DNA of 56,073 bases, filler included, from Sphacelaria rigidula (lineage: Eukaryota): NCBI GenBank assembly GCA_964200075.2. It is 7 parts of 7 records of this genome, joined end to end, with 100 filler letters (N's around TTAATTAATTAA, not from the genome) between each part and the next. Parts side by side here need not be neighbours in the genome. Positions count along the whole stretch, not along the records: positions 24,077 to 32,001 come from CAXNAA020012957.1; positions 32,102 to 40,025 come from CAXNAA020012958.1; 5 more parts are not named here. One strand, written 5' to 3'. How positions within the stretch are numbered: position 1 is the stretch's first letter; the number at the start of each line of letters is the position of its first letter. Under the pieces are notes generated by a model that ran no database searches, had not been told where the DNA came from, and worked only from the letters and a program-made list of their open reading frames with translations. The position numbers and the translations under genes are program-made. Shown here piece by piece: positions 25,003 to 37,204 of this stretch.

Positions 25003-25304
25003 GTGTACTCATGACCTCGCATGCGATAGCCATATAACCATTGACCTCGCATCCCCACAATGCCGGGGCGCAGCACGCGGGGTTTTCGCCGGACCAGGCT
25101 CGCAATCAATGACCAAGCGCGAGGCGCCGTGATGGGCTTGGCGAGTCGCATGAAGGGTAAGCTGCATCCTGCTAAGATTGTTGGGGTCGAAGCCTACTGA
25201 TTATCTTGCATTTGGATGACAGCCTACAACGAGCTGCTTCATTTTCCTGGTATCGCCACTTCCAGAGACAGTCACAGCTTACAAACTCCCTCATCAGTGT
25301 CTCA
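25003..25304 (-). mobile_element. Repeat family A, near full-length copy in an XPD intron
   Basis: Matches the other family A copies. The C-rich tail at 24955-25002 runs into the XPD acceptor. Confidence 0.85.
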
Positions 25305-26121
25305 AACGCGCGCGCGGGGGGGGCAGGATCCATCAACATAGAAAGAAAACTTGGGGTATACAGAAACAACGATCACTGACTTCATACATCCCAAAGCACA
25401 CGCGACACATTCGTGCTTCAAAGTGTGTTAGCATGTGTTGGAGGTAGGTGTTTTTTTTTTTTCTTTTCACAGTATCACTTCGTTTATTCGTGTGGTTTTA
25501 CAATGATACATGGGGGGTGAGAGCCTGGCGCCCTGCGAAATGAGTGAGTGAGAATGTATGTTCTTCCTTCATGGTAGACCAAAGCTAAAAACAGACAAGA
25601 AAGACGAGCACTTATACTGAAGCTGGCAGCCTCGGGTGTCGTTCACAGCAGTAAGCCTCCCCAATAGAATCGAACGAATATTGGGACAACGTGCACTGTA
25701 AAAGGCCAACTCCTACATGCTGTGTACCCCTGCGGTGGTCTGCGACGTGTTCAGTACCCCCTGCCCAATGCGATTCTGAAGATATATCTCCGCCACCACA
25801 CGCTTTTTTTCTCTTGATCATGTAAGCACGGAATTATTCGTTCGTCTTGTCTGCAGATCATTCAGGCTCCACCATTTCCTACCGCACCCCGACTCGCCGG
25901 TGATATCGGCGACATGCAACACAATAGCAAGGTTATGCTCGGTAGGGTATACGGGCTGGAATTCGGATGTTCACAGAGGTATATAACACGTACTTGATCG
26001 GTAAATGACCCTCCGGACCACAACGGAGTGTTGGAAACAGAGCTCGATATCCTTCTGAACCATACCGGAGTGTTTGGTACATATTTTGGCATGGTTAGGT
26101 ATGACAACCACTCCCCTCCGA

Positions 26122-26370
26122 AAAAATCGTTTGACGCATTAAACAGTAGCGAGAAAACGATGGCTATACTAGGAGATGGATGGCGGCCACAGACGGCGAA
26201 ACAGGACGGGGATAAAATATGTAAAATATTTTTGTGTAATGTATGGAAGAAACGTAATGAGCACCTAAATGCTGGAGGTGTCTCTATTAGGAGTAGGAAC
26301 GGTGCCTCCGTCTCGAAAGGGATACGTGGTCAATGGTGAAACGACGAAGGCAAGTAACGAATGAGTACCC
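26122..26370 (+). mobile_element. LINE family B, 5'-truncated 3' end with poly-C tail
   Basis: KSFDALNSSEKTMAILGD..KIFLCNVWKKRNEH reading. Homologous to 45513-45890. Ends ATGAGTA-C12. Confidence 0.75.
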
Positions 26371-27494
26371 CCCCCCCCACTTCTAGATATACCCCCTACA
26401 GAACACACCCTTTCCGCAAAATTGTGTCCGGGAACCAAATACTCTAGTTTCGAGAGCTGGTGACAGCTGGGACCTAAGTGTTGTCGTAAAGAGGATCAAG
26501 ATCGTCAGCTTTGAAGGCATCATTGCTTCTTCTTCTCATCATTTCGAAGCGTTCCATACCCCCCAATCGACTAGACCTCAGAGGTAAGGATATCTCACCC
26601 TCCGGTGCCCCGAAAGAAATAACTTTTTGAAGCTAATTAAATGGCACTCTTTTTCATATTTCTACGTTTTCACGCATACACAAACCCGATCGTTCGTGTA
26701 TACAACTGTATACGTGTACTTTTCCCAATACTACTCCGACGAGTCCAATTGTCGGAACTCCGAGCGCATGCCGCGTAATTTTGAACGGTGACTGACGAGC
26801 GGGAAGCTGAAACAGGCATTGCTATCCTCGCCTTGGTACCGCAGACGCGCAGACCAAAAATAGGAGAACAACAGCAACCAAGGATGGACCCAGAAATGTT
26901 CACGTTTGTACCGGAGCGTTCCCCAACTGCCGCCACCAGGCCAAACTTGGTGCGCCAGCAAAACGGAAGACGAGGGGCGCACGGCGAACGACCCATGAAA
27001 GCACGCGGGGCGCAGGCACTCCGGAGCGGATTGCGAGGTTGAATGGGAACTCAATTTTTTGAAGCTGTACTGTGCTGCTTTGTTCTTTCGCTCGCGGGGA
27101 AATTGTATATATATATAAATATGTATATATATATATCACTCGTTGGCTGAGACCCGCACTTGTGTGTATGTCCCCTTAGCGACATATTCCATCTGGCGGC
27201 GCACCAACCATTCGAAACCAATCTCAACCTGAACGGCAAAATGATATTCCCCCGCGTTTGGTTGGCCTCTAACTCCTTCATTCCAATACGTGTTCATACT
27301 ATGGGCCTGCACTACCTATCTAGCAGGCTTATCGGTCGGCACTACTGTCTGATTTTCACGTGCTTCTGGTCATGCCGCCTTTCCGAAACAAACCTACTGC
27401 AGCGTCATCTCAGCCAGGACTTTTCTTTCTCGTTTTTTTTTCACCGGGGTTATATTTATGCATTGGGACTACGGCTGAGTTTTGTGGTGGATGG

Positions 27495-27900
27495 CTGAGG
27501 GTGGAAGAACTAGCCGCCAATCAATCAGTGACCTATCGATCTATTAATTCATCTCTCAATGAATGAATGAAGAAATAAATGAATGAATGAATGAATAGAT
27601 GAATGAATTGACGCGGATGTCTCAAGGTGGAAGAACTAGCCGTCAAGCCATTAGTTAATCTATCGATCATTCAATCAGATAATGACTTCAGAAATGAATG
27701 AATGAATGAATGGATGGATGGATGAATTGATGAATGGATGAATGGATGCATGCATGAATGAAGGAATTGACGCGGATGCCTCAAGGTGGAAGAACTAGCC
27801 GTCAATCCATTAGTTCATCTATCGATCGATCAATCAGACAATGACTTCATAAATAAAAAAATGGATGAATGGATGAATGGATGAATGGAAGAATGGAAGA
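27495..27900. repeat. Three tandem ~125-160-bp units with (GAAT/GGAT)n microsatellites
   Basis: GGTGGAAGAACTAGCCG recurs at ~27500, ~27626 and ~27785. Confidence 0.85.
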
Positions 27901-28082
27901 ATGACTGAATGAACGAACGGGTCAACCGACCAACCAACTAGTCGATCAAACAAATCAAACCGATCAGTGAAAACCCTACCGAGGCAAACCCTGTGGAATT
28001 TCTCACCCGGTCAATTCCCGCGATCTAATAATGAATAAACCTATCAACCGATCCAACCCACTCAGTTCCCCCGATCACGTAC

Positions 28083-28223
28083 CGAAGCAAAACGCTCGAA
28101 GACGGGCTTGATGGCCAAGGACGCGTCTAGACACGCAAGACGCATCACCGGCTCGTAGACCCCCGGCATAACCGTACCCGTCGGCTCGATCACCACTTGG
28201 AAGCCCGCGTTGTAGGTACCCAC
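28083..28223 (-). CDS. ERCC2: XPD/ERCC2 exon (VGTYNAGFQVVIEP..CLDASLAIKPVFERFAS)
   Basis: Near-invariant XPD CxDASLAIKPVFERF. gcgcag|..|gtacgt, phase 0/0. Confidence 0.95.
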
Positions 28224-29491
28224 CTGCGCATTATCATCATTATTATCATACTTTAATCATTTTTGCCACATTAGCTCGATCTTTCGAGAGTGCGAGGAGC
28301 ATACCATCCATAACCAAAACCCAAATAGGCACCAGAGGAGGGTGAGAAACAAAACATCTACACGAAAAAAAAAAAAGGCACCTACCCTACACGAAAGTTC
28401 CGAAAAAGGCCGATAGAACTACAGGAGACCTACTGGAAGCTTAAAACGTCCAAGGGGCGCGGAATGAATCGCACGTGTAGGATGAACGACACCGTAACGA
28501 AAGAGACGTTGCGCTGAAGAAAGCAAGGAGTAGCACATGTGGAAAAAGAGAGGGTGGCTGCACCGCCGCCCTCCGACTTGCGTGGGGTGGGCAACATCGG
28601 AGAGGGATGATGCAGACAGTAGTACGAAGATGAAGGACGAGTTGACGGTGCCTTTTGATTGCTTCGATTTGATGGCTTGATTGAATTTTGATTGATTGTC
28701 GCACTTCAACTGATCACCCATGGGTCCAGCCGTGGTCGCATGATAGAACTAAACCTCCGAAAAACAGGCTTTCAACAGACTCTGAACCATTTCGTCGCGG
28801 GATCAGGAAAAGCTTCATGTTCGCGTTTGTACACAGTTTTTTGCTTGGAAGGCCTGTTTCTTGTGGTAAACTTGTTTCCCTGTTTGGAGTCAAGGGCGCT
28901 CAGAGCTGTGGGGGGGGGGGGGGGAAGATTTTTAAAAAGCAAAAAAACTATAGCAATAAGGGTTAAAATCAAAAAAAANNNNNNNNNNGTTTTTTTTTGT
29001 GTTTGCTTCTTTTTGCGGGGTGTGGGGGGGGGGGGGGGTGGGGGGGGGGGGGGGGGGGGGGGGGAGTTTTTTTCCAGGCCCACACTCTTTGTCTGTATGG
29101 GTTTCTATTCAGATACATGCTCAAGGGGTTTAAGACCAGGCTGACTCCAGCAGTCAACCATTGTAAGCTAACTTTGGTGTACCAGTTACCGTCCCGGCTG
29201 GTGATGCATATACTCCAAAAAACAAAGCAAAAAAGCCTCCAACCTTGAAGGACATCAACTCTTCAAAGAGCCACACCGATACAACACAATATTCGTATAA
29301 TGTCGGTGCTTGTGCTCATTCATCTCGTCAGGTCAATCATTCGACCGACCATAGAAAAAAAGACAGCAAACAGCAACAGCAAAACCGACAAAAAAAATAA
29401 AAACGAAAGCCTTCAGTACACACGCGGCACAAGCGTGTGATCCCGTTACAACTACGAAATACAAGCACACAATATTGTTTCGTCAAGTCAC

Positions 29492-29558
29492 CAGTGTGGC
29501 GAAGTCCGCAACGTCGACCAGCGGTCGAAATTCGTCCAGCCCCGTCACTTCCAACGTT
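29492..29558 (-). CDS. ERCC2: XPD/ERCC2 exon (TLEVTGLDEFRPLVDVADFATL)
   Basis: Matches XPD TLEIxDxxxFxPLxxxAxFATL. tcgcag|..|gtgact, phase 2/0. Confidence 0.92.
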
Positions 29559-29808
29559 CTGCGATAAGAACACAGCGACAACGAAACACACAGGAGACAA
29601 CAACAGCACAATTTATCAGCTAGAAGGAATAACGGTAAGCGGAGAGCGGATAATTCTCTGCGAGACGAGACGATAACCTGGTTTAGATTATATTTCATGA
29701 TTTTATTTTACCCCAGTGTGGGATAATTAGCCTGTGACCATGGAAGGCGTCCGCACCAGATGCCCAGAACAGAGTACCGCGAAGATATCGGAACGGTTTT
29801 TAATTTGA

Positions 29809-29840
<32 letters not shown>

Positions 29841-30620
29841 GGAGAAAAAAAAAACAGCCCGTCATATCGCCCGAGGGAGCGGCGAGCAAAGTCTTTAACA
29901 TCCAGCAAGCAACCCTCTGACAAGGCACGACAGGAGGAGACACGAGCTGCGAAAATGCACAAAAAAAAAGAAGCGTGTCTGTTGCCGCATCACACACATT
30001 TGCATTCGGTGCGGTGCTTTTTTTTTCTTATTGTGGTTGGCGATCGAAAGAGAGCGGAAGCGGAGCCTACAAGTGCTTTCAGAGTAGGTGGTGGCTGTGG
30101 TGGGCAGTGGGTGTTGTACGCAAATTCTACACACACTGGATAATGACAATATGTTACACTGTAAAAAATTGTACTGCGTATAGCATCGGCTATAGAGAAG
30201 TATAGTAAAACGTTCAACCACACGTTACCGGAAGAACGGAATATGGCTTGTAACAAAAACAGGAAAATAAGTCCGCGAAGTGAAGTCGGCGGCTTGCGTT
30301 AGTACTGAACCAAATGTTCGAAAACAAGCTTCCAGGGCAACGAGCGGGGGAGAGACGGACTACTCTTGTGAACCCTAACCCTAACTGCGTACAGTATCGA
30401 CTATTGATCCGGTACTGCAACCCAGTACTCTTTTTGACGATACCATCTATCGTCGTTATCCATAGTGTGCACTTGTTGAATACCCAGACAATAATAACTA
30501 CTTCCGGGACAAGAAAACGCAAAAGGCACGCGAGAAATGTACACAGCCACCCCCGAACAAGAAACAACGTACAAAAATACCAGGCAAGCGAATCATGAAA
30601 AACACACACACATATATTAC

Positions 30621-30901
30621 CGCCCGACCCCGGTGGTGTAATGGTCCGACTGTCACCTTCAGGGTGGGGAGACAGTTCGTTCGATTTCCGATACGTCGTT
30701 TTTTTCCTCCGGAGCATCCAATTTTTCCACGGTCGAAAGCGTGAGTACGCGATTAAAACAAAAAGTGGTGGACCGAGTTTGCTTGACGATAGTTGACGCG
30801 GTGCGGGAGTGCTAGGCATCATCCAATCCGCGAGACCAAAATGTAAGGAGGCGTGTACTGGGGGAGAGATGGGTTGATCCCTTGAGACCACGGACTCGTC
30901 C
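30621..30901 (+). mobile_element. tRNA-derived SINE (family C)
   Basis: A-box-like GGTGGTGTAATGG and B-box-like GTTCGATTTCC. Body and tail ..ACCACGGACTCGTCC are shared with 31638-31925. Confidence 0.7.
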
Positions 30902-30971
30902 AGAGAGAAGGGGAGCGGTTCGAAGTGTAACAATATGAAAACACACACAAACAAAAGACGAGGCGTGTCAA

Positions 30972-30981
30972 ACACACACAG

Positions 30982-31043
<62 letters not shown>
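30972..31043. repeat. (CA)n microsatellite abutting the XPD donor site
   Basis: About 35 CA units. Other microsatellites: (GT)n 23654-23716, (AG)n 24570-24594 and 46259-46296, (AAC)n ~29810-29840, CA/CAT-rich 31278-31356. Confidence 0.95.
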
Positions 31044-31044
<1 letters not shown>

Positions 31045-31189
31045 GGAGTAAGGAGTTCAGGCGCGAATACGCAAACTTGAGGGGCTTGCGCTCTAGCGCG
31101 GTGGACTGCTGCAAGCGGTGTATGAAGGCAAGGGGGCTCTCCGATTCCACGCTTTGCACCCTCACACGGCCCTTGAAGTGCTCCACGAT
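31044..31189 (-). CDS. ERCC2: XPD/ERCC2 exon, Arch domain (IVEHFKGRVRVQSVESESPLAF..ERKPLKFAYSRLNSLL)
   Basis: Matches XPD RLRVQHVVQESPxxF..RKPLRFCxERLxSLL. gggcag|..CG|gtgtgt. Confidence 0.93.
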
Positions 31190-31637
31190 CTGCCCACCAT
31201 CGAAGGAAAACAAAATCAGTGAAGGAACCAGCACGACGTGTGTCACGGAGCTGAGTAAATATTACAGGTGTATAATCACACACACACACACACATCACAC
31301 ATACACACATCACACATACACACATCACACATACACACATCACACATACACACACAAGGCGAACAACGTAAGAGGAACATCCTAACAAGAGAGGTCTCTT
31401 AAAACTCCTCACAAACAGGCAGATAAACAAGAGATGTTGAAGCACAAACGGGTCACTTCACGTAGGGTGGGGTTTGGGGTTGGGTACAGTTCTCCGTTAC
31501 CCTCGTCGCTCTCCAGTCTTTCCCGGCCCGGCCCTTCCCCGACTTGAGGAAAAGAGTAAAAACGACATAATACAGTCAGGACTCACTACTTCATAGAGGG
31601 AAAAAAAGAAAACAGGTAAATAGAGGGACGTGGAGAT

Positions 31638-31925
31638 AGCATCCCGGTGGTGCAAATAAAAATGTTCCGACTGTTACCACGAGGGTGGAGAGAATGTGGG
31701 TTCAATTCCTGATGCGTTCGTTTTTGTCTTTGAAGCATCTGATTTCCACCGACGGAAACATTAGAGTACGTGAGTGAACAAAAAAGTAGTTGGTACTGAG
31801 TTTCATAGACGAGAGTTGACGCGGCGCGGGAGTGGAGTGATAAACCAATCCGCGAGGCTAAAATTTAAAGAGGCGTGCATCGGAGGATTAATGTGTTGAT
31901 CCCCCTGAGACCATGGACTCGTCCC
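31638..31925 (+). mobile_element. tRNA-derived SINE (family C), second copy
   Basis: CCCGGTGGTG..GGGTTCAATTCC head, body GAGTTGACGCGGCGCGGGAGTG..CCAATCCGCGAG, tail GACCATGGACTCGTCC. Confidence 0.7.
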
Positions 31926-32482
31926 AAGGAAGGGGAAGGATTCCACAGGCACCGTAGGTAAGGTACCGTATCGAGCGTACCCCCGGTATTTACCGGGGTA
32001 TNNNNNNNNNNNNNNNNNNNNNNNNNNNNNNNNNNNNNNNNNNNNTTAATTAATTAANNNNNNNNNNNNNNNNNNNNNNNNNNNNNNNNNNNNNNNNNNN
32101 NGTGGTGGTTCTCTTGGTTTGCTTGCCTTAGTCGTTTGACTTTGGGGGGCAGGAGGGGGATGGAGGTGGAACGAAGGCACCTACTTTAATGATGATACTG
32201 TTGAGGTGCACGGTTGCCGGTCGAAGATGCATGGGGTGGTCATAACAAAGTAGGGGCGGGCAGGATCTGCTGTGGCTTTCCCTTTTGAGGGCTGGCATCG
32301 GATGGCAATGACGCTGTAAAGCACGTGACTCACTGCGTAAGCTAGACGACCAGCTTACAACTTTCTTCTCGCTTGTGTTTCTCTGCGGTCATCATGATGG
32401 TGGTCGAAGTAAATATCATTTTGTTTAAAGTGGAGAATCTTCACTCCGCGGAACGGCAATGGTCGTACTAAGTAGTTTTCAT

Positions 32483-32790
32483 ATGGTGAGACACCTATGA
32501 GGCAGTGTGTAGTCCGTGGCTGTCCCTGGAAGTGACGATACACCTGAAAATGAAGCAACTCATTGAAGGCTTTCATCTATATACAAGGTAATCAGTACGC
32601 TTCGAGCCGTAAAGTTTGTGCAGGGTGCAGGCCACCCCCCTCATGCGACTCGCCGAACACATCACGGAGCTTCGTGCTTCCTGATTGATTGCAAGCCTGG
32701 TCCGGGGAAACCCTGGCGTGCTCCGTCCCGGCTTTGTAGGGATGCGACGTCAATGGTCTTGTGACTGCGGCATGCCTGACCATGAGTACA
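32483..32790 (+). mobile_element. Repeat family A, full-length copy with C-rich tail
   Basis: ATGGTGAGACACC..GGGATGCGACGTCAATGGTC..CATGAGTACATCCCC. Confidence 0.85.
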
Positions 32791-33816
32791 TCCCCTCTTC
32801 CCCCCCTCCCCCCTCCTGCCCCCCCTCTCCTGTCGCGCATTGGTCTGCACTCCTCATGGTGCGCACCATGAGAAGATATGAATAGCCGTGTTTCGTTGTT
32901 ACATCGCCAGGGGAGATACGTGTTGAATCCCCCAAACCACAGACTCGTCCTCGAGGAAGAGGAGGGATCGAAAGAGTGACGAAAACAAGTCGAGCTTGGT
33001 GGAAACGGAATAATTATTCAAGGTATCACTAGGAGGCATCCCGCACTCGGCTACCCCGTGGCCTACCCAGTTGTACGACCTATCATGACTACTCACTACT
33101 TGTACAGCTATATTGAACGTACCATCTCACATCACTCGGTGCTGCACCGTGCGAGAATTTTGCTTCTGCAGACTCGAAGTAAAGGAAAAGTGAACATCAC
33201 GGGGGGGTTAACCATTTCTTCGATATCTATGCGTCGCATAAGCTTACTCTATTTTCTTACTTTATCATACCTCACCCGTTGGCGATGCAACGACGTGTTT
33301 TTTTCGGTAAAATACGGTCTACCGTCCATTTCCTCCGTGAACGACAACCTACCCATCGATGCAGTTGGATCATTAAACATAAAATAGACAGACCGCTATA
33401 GTGCGCTCTTTATTCAAACGTGGTTGTAGACGCGACAAATACCAATTGCTACTATTGAGCGGACATAGACCGCACGACAAACTGAATACGGAGGTCCTCT
33501 TTTCTATACGTACGGGGAGAATCGCTGCGCGCTGCTACCACCCGTGGATCTCTGCAATAATATCAATTACCCACACCACCGGGAGATAATCGCCACGTAC
33601 AAACAAATTACTTCCGCACACATTTCGGCTTAACCACTAGGTGGTACTATGAAAACCCACGATGCGCTACAAGAATATACAATGGACAACACCACACCGC
33701 CCCACACGTGTCGCCTTTCCCTGCAGTTACAGTGTTGTTGTAGACCTATCGCGCCACATATCTCGTCAACAACTCTGATTCTACCACCCACGATCTGAAC
33801 GGCGTCAAGGGTTGTA

Positions 33817-36118
33817 TCAAATATCGTCTAGACCGTCAGCCCAGACCTTCAAAGCGTCAGTCAACTCGTCCGACTCGATGTCAATTTCAGTGATCGTGGA
33901 GATCGCCGACCCCTTGACCAAAACTTTCTCAACATACTGGCGTGCCGTGTCGTCCCTATACATCGGTTCTCCCTGCGAAGAAATCACTTGGTCTTGTAGT
34001 ATAGCGGCTGATACCAGCGGTGCCGCAGCTGAAGGCAACGTTCCAGCAGAAGAAACTGGTGATAGCAGACCAAAGAGCCTCGGAGCCGTGTGGACTGGTG
34101 TCGGTAGCTTCCGAGGCGTCGATGGCTTATCTCCGGTCAAGTCGATGCATGTGTTGTCTTTGATGTTGTTGTAAGAACCGGGTGAGGTCATGTTGGCCAT
34201 CCGCCGCTGCTTGTTACTGCCAGCGCTAGTGCCGCCGACGCCACCGCCGCGGTCACTACCGCCACCGGACCCCAGCTCTCTACCACCGCATGCTCTAGTC
34301 CGAGATGCGACGGTCCCTCCGGGAGCGGTCGGGCCTGTGCGTACGTTGGGTTCTCCCCACGCTCCCGTTGAGTCTATCCCTTGGATTTCCTCCTCACACA
34401 AAAACTTCCGCTTGTCGCCGAGGTTAGGTCCAGGTGTAGCGTTGATATCGACGACGGCGGAGGAGGATCTTGTACACGTCACATTCCCACCTTTTGTGGT
34501 CAGTCCGTCGTCCTTCTTCGGCAGCACCGTCCCTGCTATAGGATACTTCGCCTCTCGCAACCTTGAAGCAGTTGACCTCGGTCCGAGCACCCCCACCCGG
34601 TGTGTTCCTGCCGTCTCTGCTCCGCCTCGCTGTGCTCCAACAACTGACTCCGTGAGCTGTAACGCAGGCGCATCTAAAGCTAGCCCCCACGCCTCGGGCG
34701 ACGCACAAGGTACCCCCGGCACCAAAGACTCCGGTGGCCACGGCAATAGCGGGGTCATCCGTGGTGGCTGTACCGAAGCCGAAGATCGTGACGCCGCCGC
34801 CCCAACCGTACCCCCGCATCCGGGCCCGACTGCTCCTCCCACCGGACTAGCTCCCCACGCCCCAGTCGGGCGTGGCAACAGCCGAGGTGTCGGAGGCGTT
34901 TTTATGAAAGGAATCTTTACGCAAGGTTTCGACCCAGCCGTCATCTTTTGTGCGTCTGCCGCCACGGGCACTCCACTCGCTCCACCCGATACACCTACCG
35001 TAGTCACTTCCTTCGCCGTGGTCCCTACACCCATCCCGGGTGGGCTCGAAGCGGCGCGTGCGGCTACACCCGGTACCTCAATGGCTGCAGTTGCACCCTC
35101 CGTCAGAGTTGCCACCAATGGCTGACTCGTACGTTGCTCTGCCATAGGGTGTACGAAAGGTGTCACGGGTTGGAAGGGCAAAGGCTGCCACGCGTTGATA
35201 TCCGTGCCAAACGGGTACATGGATTGCGCGACGGCTTCGCGTATTCCAATGAAGGACTGTGACTTGGCCGCGACGGCTTGGCGTATTCCGAGGAACGGCT
35301 GTGACTTGGCTGGTGAAACCATGTACGGCCAGCCGCCGGGGCCGCCGAGTAGCCACCCGCACTCCGCATTGGTAACGTTGTCCTGCCCCTCTCCCGAGCA
35401 TCCTAATGTTCTTGAAAGTTCTCCGCCAGCTGCTGTGGTAGCACCTCCACACCCGTTGGCACCCTGTTCCTCGATGAAGGAGCTGGGCAATGAGTTGCGC
35501 ATGGGCGCCTGCTCCGATGTTCTTCCTGCGTGTGCCTCGCTTGCAGCCGCCGCCGCCGCCGCCGCCGCTTCCAGCTCCCTTGCCGGCGGCAAGTTAGGCG
35601 CTGCGGGGGGCGAAGTGGACCGTAAACAAGATGCCGAAGACGCGACGAGGGGGCGCTGCAATGTTCCAGATTCGGGCGACCGAAGAGTAGCTTTTGTTGA
35701 CGACTGCTTGTTACTGTCGTGTGTTGATGAGCGAGATAGCGATGGTGCCAGTGAGGGAGAAGCAAGTCCTGAAGCTGTCGTGACCTTGGTACTACGTGAG
35801 GACGGTGGTGATGCTCTTAGCGCCGAAGAGACAAGGCGATCAGCTGAAGGCTCGGCATTGGGCTCATGACTTGGCAGCAGCGAGCTTGGTGGTGATGATC
35901 GGGAACCATTAGCATCTACGGGTCGAATAAAATCTGTCGTGGTACTGCATCCCGACGCTAACTCCGTGTCTTGGAGCGCAAAAACGTCTCCGGTACACCA
36001 CTCGGTCTCTAGTGCCGCGGTCGAGCGGGAGAAGTCTCCGACATTGCCCAGCAGCGAAACTACGTCCACCTCGGCCACTCCCACCGAAGTTTCTGCATTG
36101 GAGACCACTGCCGCTTTT
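33817..36118 (-). CDS. Hypothetical low-complexity (S/A/P/G-rich) protein, large terminal exon
   Basis: 2.3-kb stop-free, GC-rich frame. Acceptor gaaacag|A, phase 2. No recognisable domain. Confidence 0.75.
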
Positions 36119-36561
36119 CTGTTTCAGCGAAAACATTTGACGACGATGCGATGTCGAAGTCTGTGGGTATTTTACACTGCGTGAGGCTGGTGTGAGGAGC
36201 GCTGCGTAGGAAACGCAGTAGGTTGTGGGCCCGATTGCGACTTGGCTTGAGGGAACGGATACCGCTACCAAGCACTGGGTCGATTCTGAACAGCGTAGTA
36301 TAAGCACGAGTGCACAGCGACGAGTATCCAAAACAATGTCGATTGCGAAGACCGCATTACTCTGTGATGTTCAACACGTCCCTCCAGTGTTCGGCCATCC
36401 AACCAGAGAGCGTTGCTGATTTCCCTCTCATGATCTAGGGACATGATCTATTAGGTACGAAAGCACACCAACAACCCTTACCCGAGCGTCCTCGTCGATA
36501 ACACACTTGGCTAACACTGGGGTGTTTCAGCGGTGCATGCGAGTTAAAATGAAGGACATAC

Positions 36562-36641
36562 CTCCGAACGTTTCCCTTGGGCTTTTTGGCGTTGGTCTGT
36601 CCAGGAATAAGAAGCCCGGAGATCTCGTCCTGGGTAGGCAT
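36562..36641 (-). CDS. Putative first exon of the hypothetical gene (MPTQDEISGLLIPGQTNAKKPKGNVR-R)
   Basis: gtcgccATG context. Donor AG|gtatgt, phase 2, compatible with the 36118 acceptor. Confidence 0.5.
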
Positions 36642-36727
36642 GGCGACGGTTGTGCAGGGGCGGAAAGAGGTGAGAGCAAGAATTTGACGGTTGAACACCA
36701 CGCCAAGTCAGGGTCCTTGAATCATCT

Positions 36728-36852
36728 TGCAAGTTTCATCTGGGATACGGATATCCGCTACGGACGTGCACATCGGATATCGCATCCAAGATGGATATGC
36801 ATGTGAGATACAGACGTTCATCTAGATATCCGTATCCCAGATGAATGTTGCA
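36728..36852. repeat. ~125-bp inverted repeat / mini-MITE
   Basis: TTCATCTGGGATACGGATATC is perfectly inverted as GATATCCGTATCCCAGATGAA. Confidence 0.8.
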
Positions 36853-37204
36853 CGATGGTGCAAGACCGTGGTCAAGTCTATTGTACCGATATTAGATCTC
36901 TACTTGGCAGGGATATACTGCCGCATGCACGGCTTTGCAAAAGGGTGTCCCCGGAGGAGCAGCAGTAGTTATGTTATCATTATTTCCAGCGAAAGTTTCG
37001 TCAGGGAGGAGGCTGATCTCACGTTGTCGTGAATGACCAAGTTTTCATCTTATCCTCGTGCGTATCAGCTTGCCTGATGTACGAGCAATAATTCAAGCAC
37101 ATCGAGCTCCAAACGAGTGATGAATATACCCTGTGCGAACGCTCGGCAGGCAAATGTCACGGCAAAATGGCGGCTTCATGACAACTATATGGTGCAAACA
37201 CATA

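Noticed and set aside
27495..27900. Repeat-spacer pattern as a CRISPR-like array
   Set aside because: The spacers are homologous microsatellites, it sits in a eukaryotic intron, and there are no cas genes.
30621..30695. tRNA gene calls here and at 16700, 41290, 43881 and 45040
   Set aside because: Only A/B-box-like motifs without a full cloverleaf, so better explained as SINE heads.
30214..31445. Long Cys/Val-rich ORFs (275 and 208 aa)
   Set aside because: Translations of (GT)n microsatellites and SINE sequence.
34190..35869. Plus-strand ORFs of 311 and 224 aa
   Set aside because: Antisense shadows of the 763-aa minus-strand frame.
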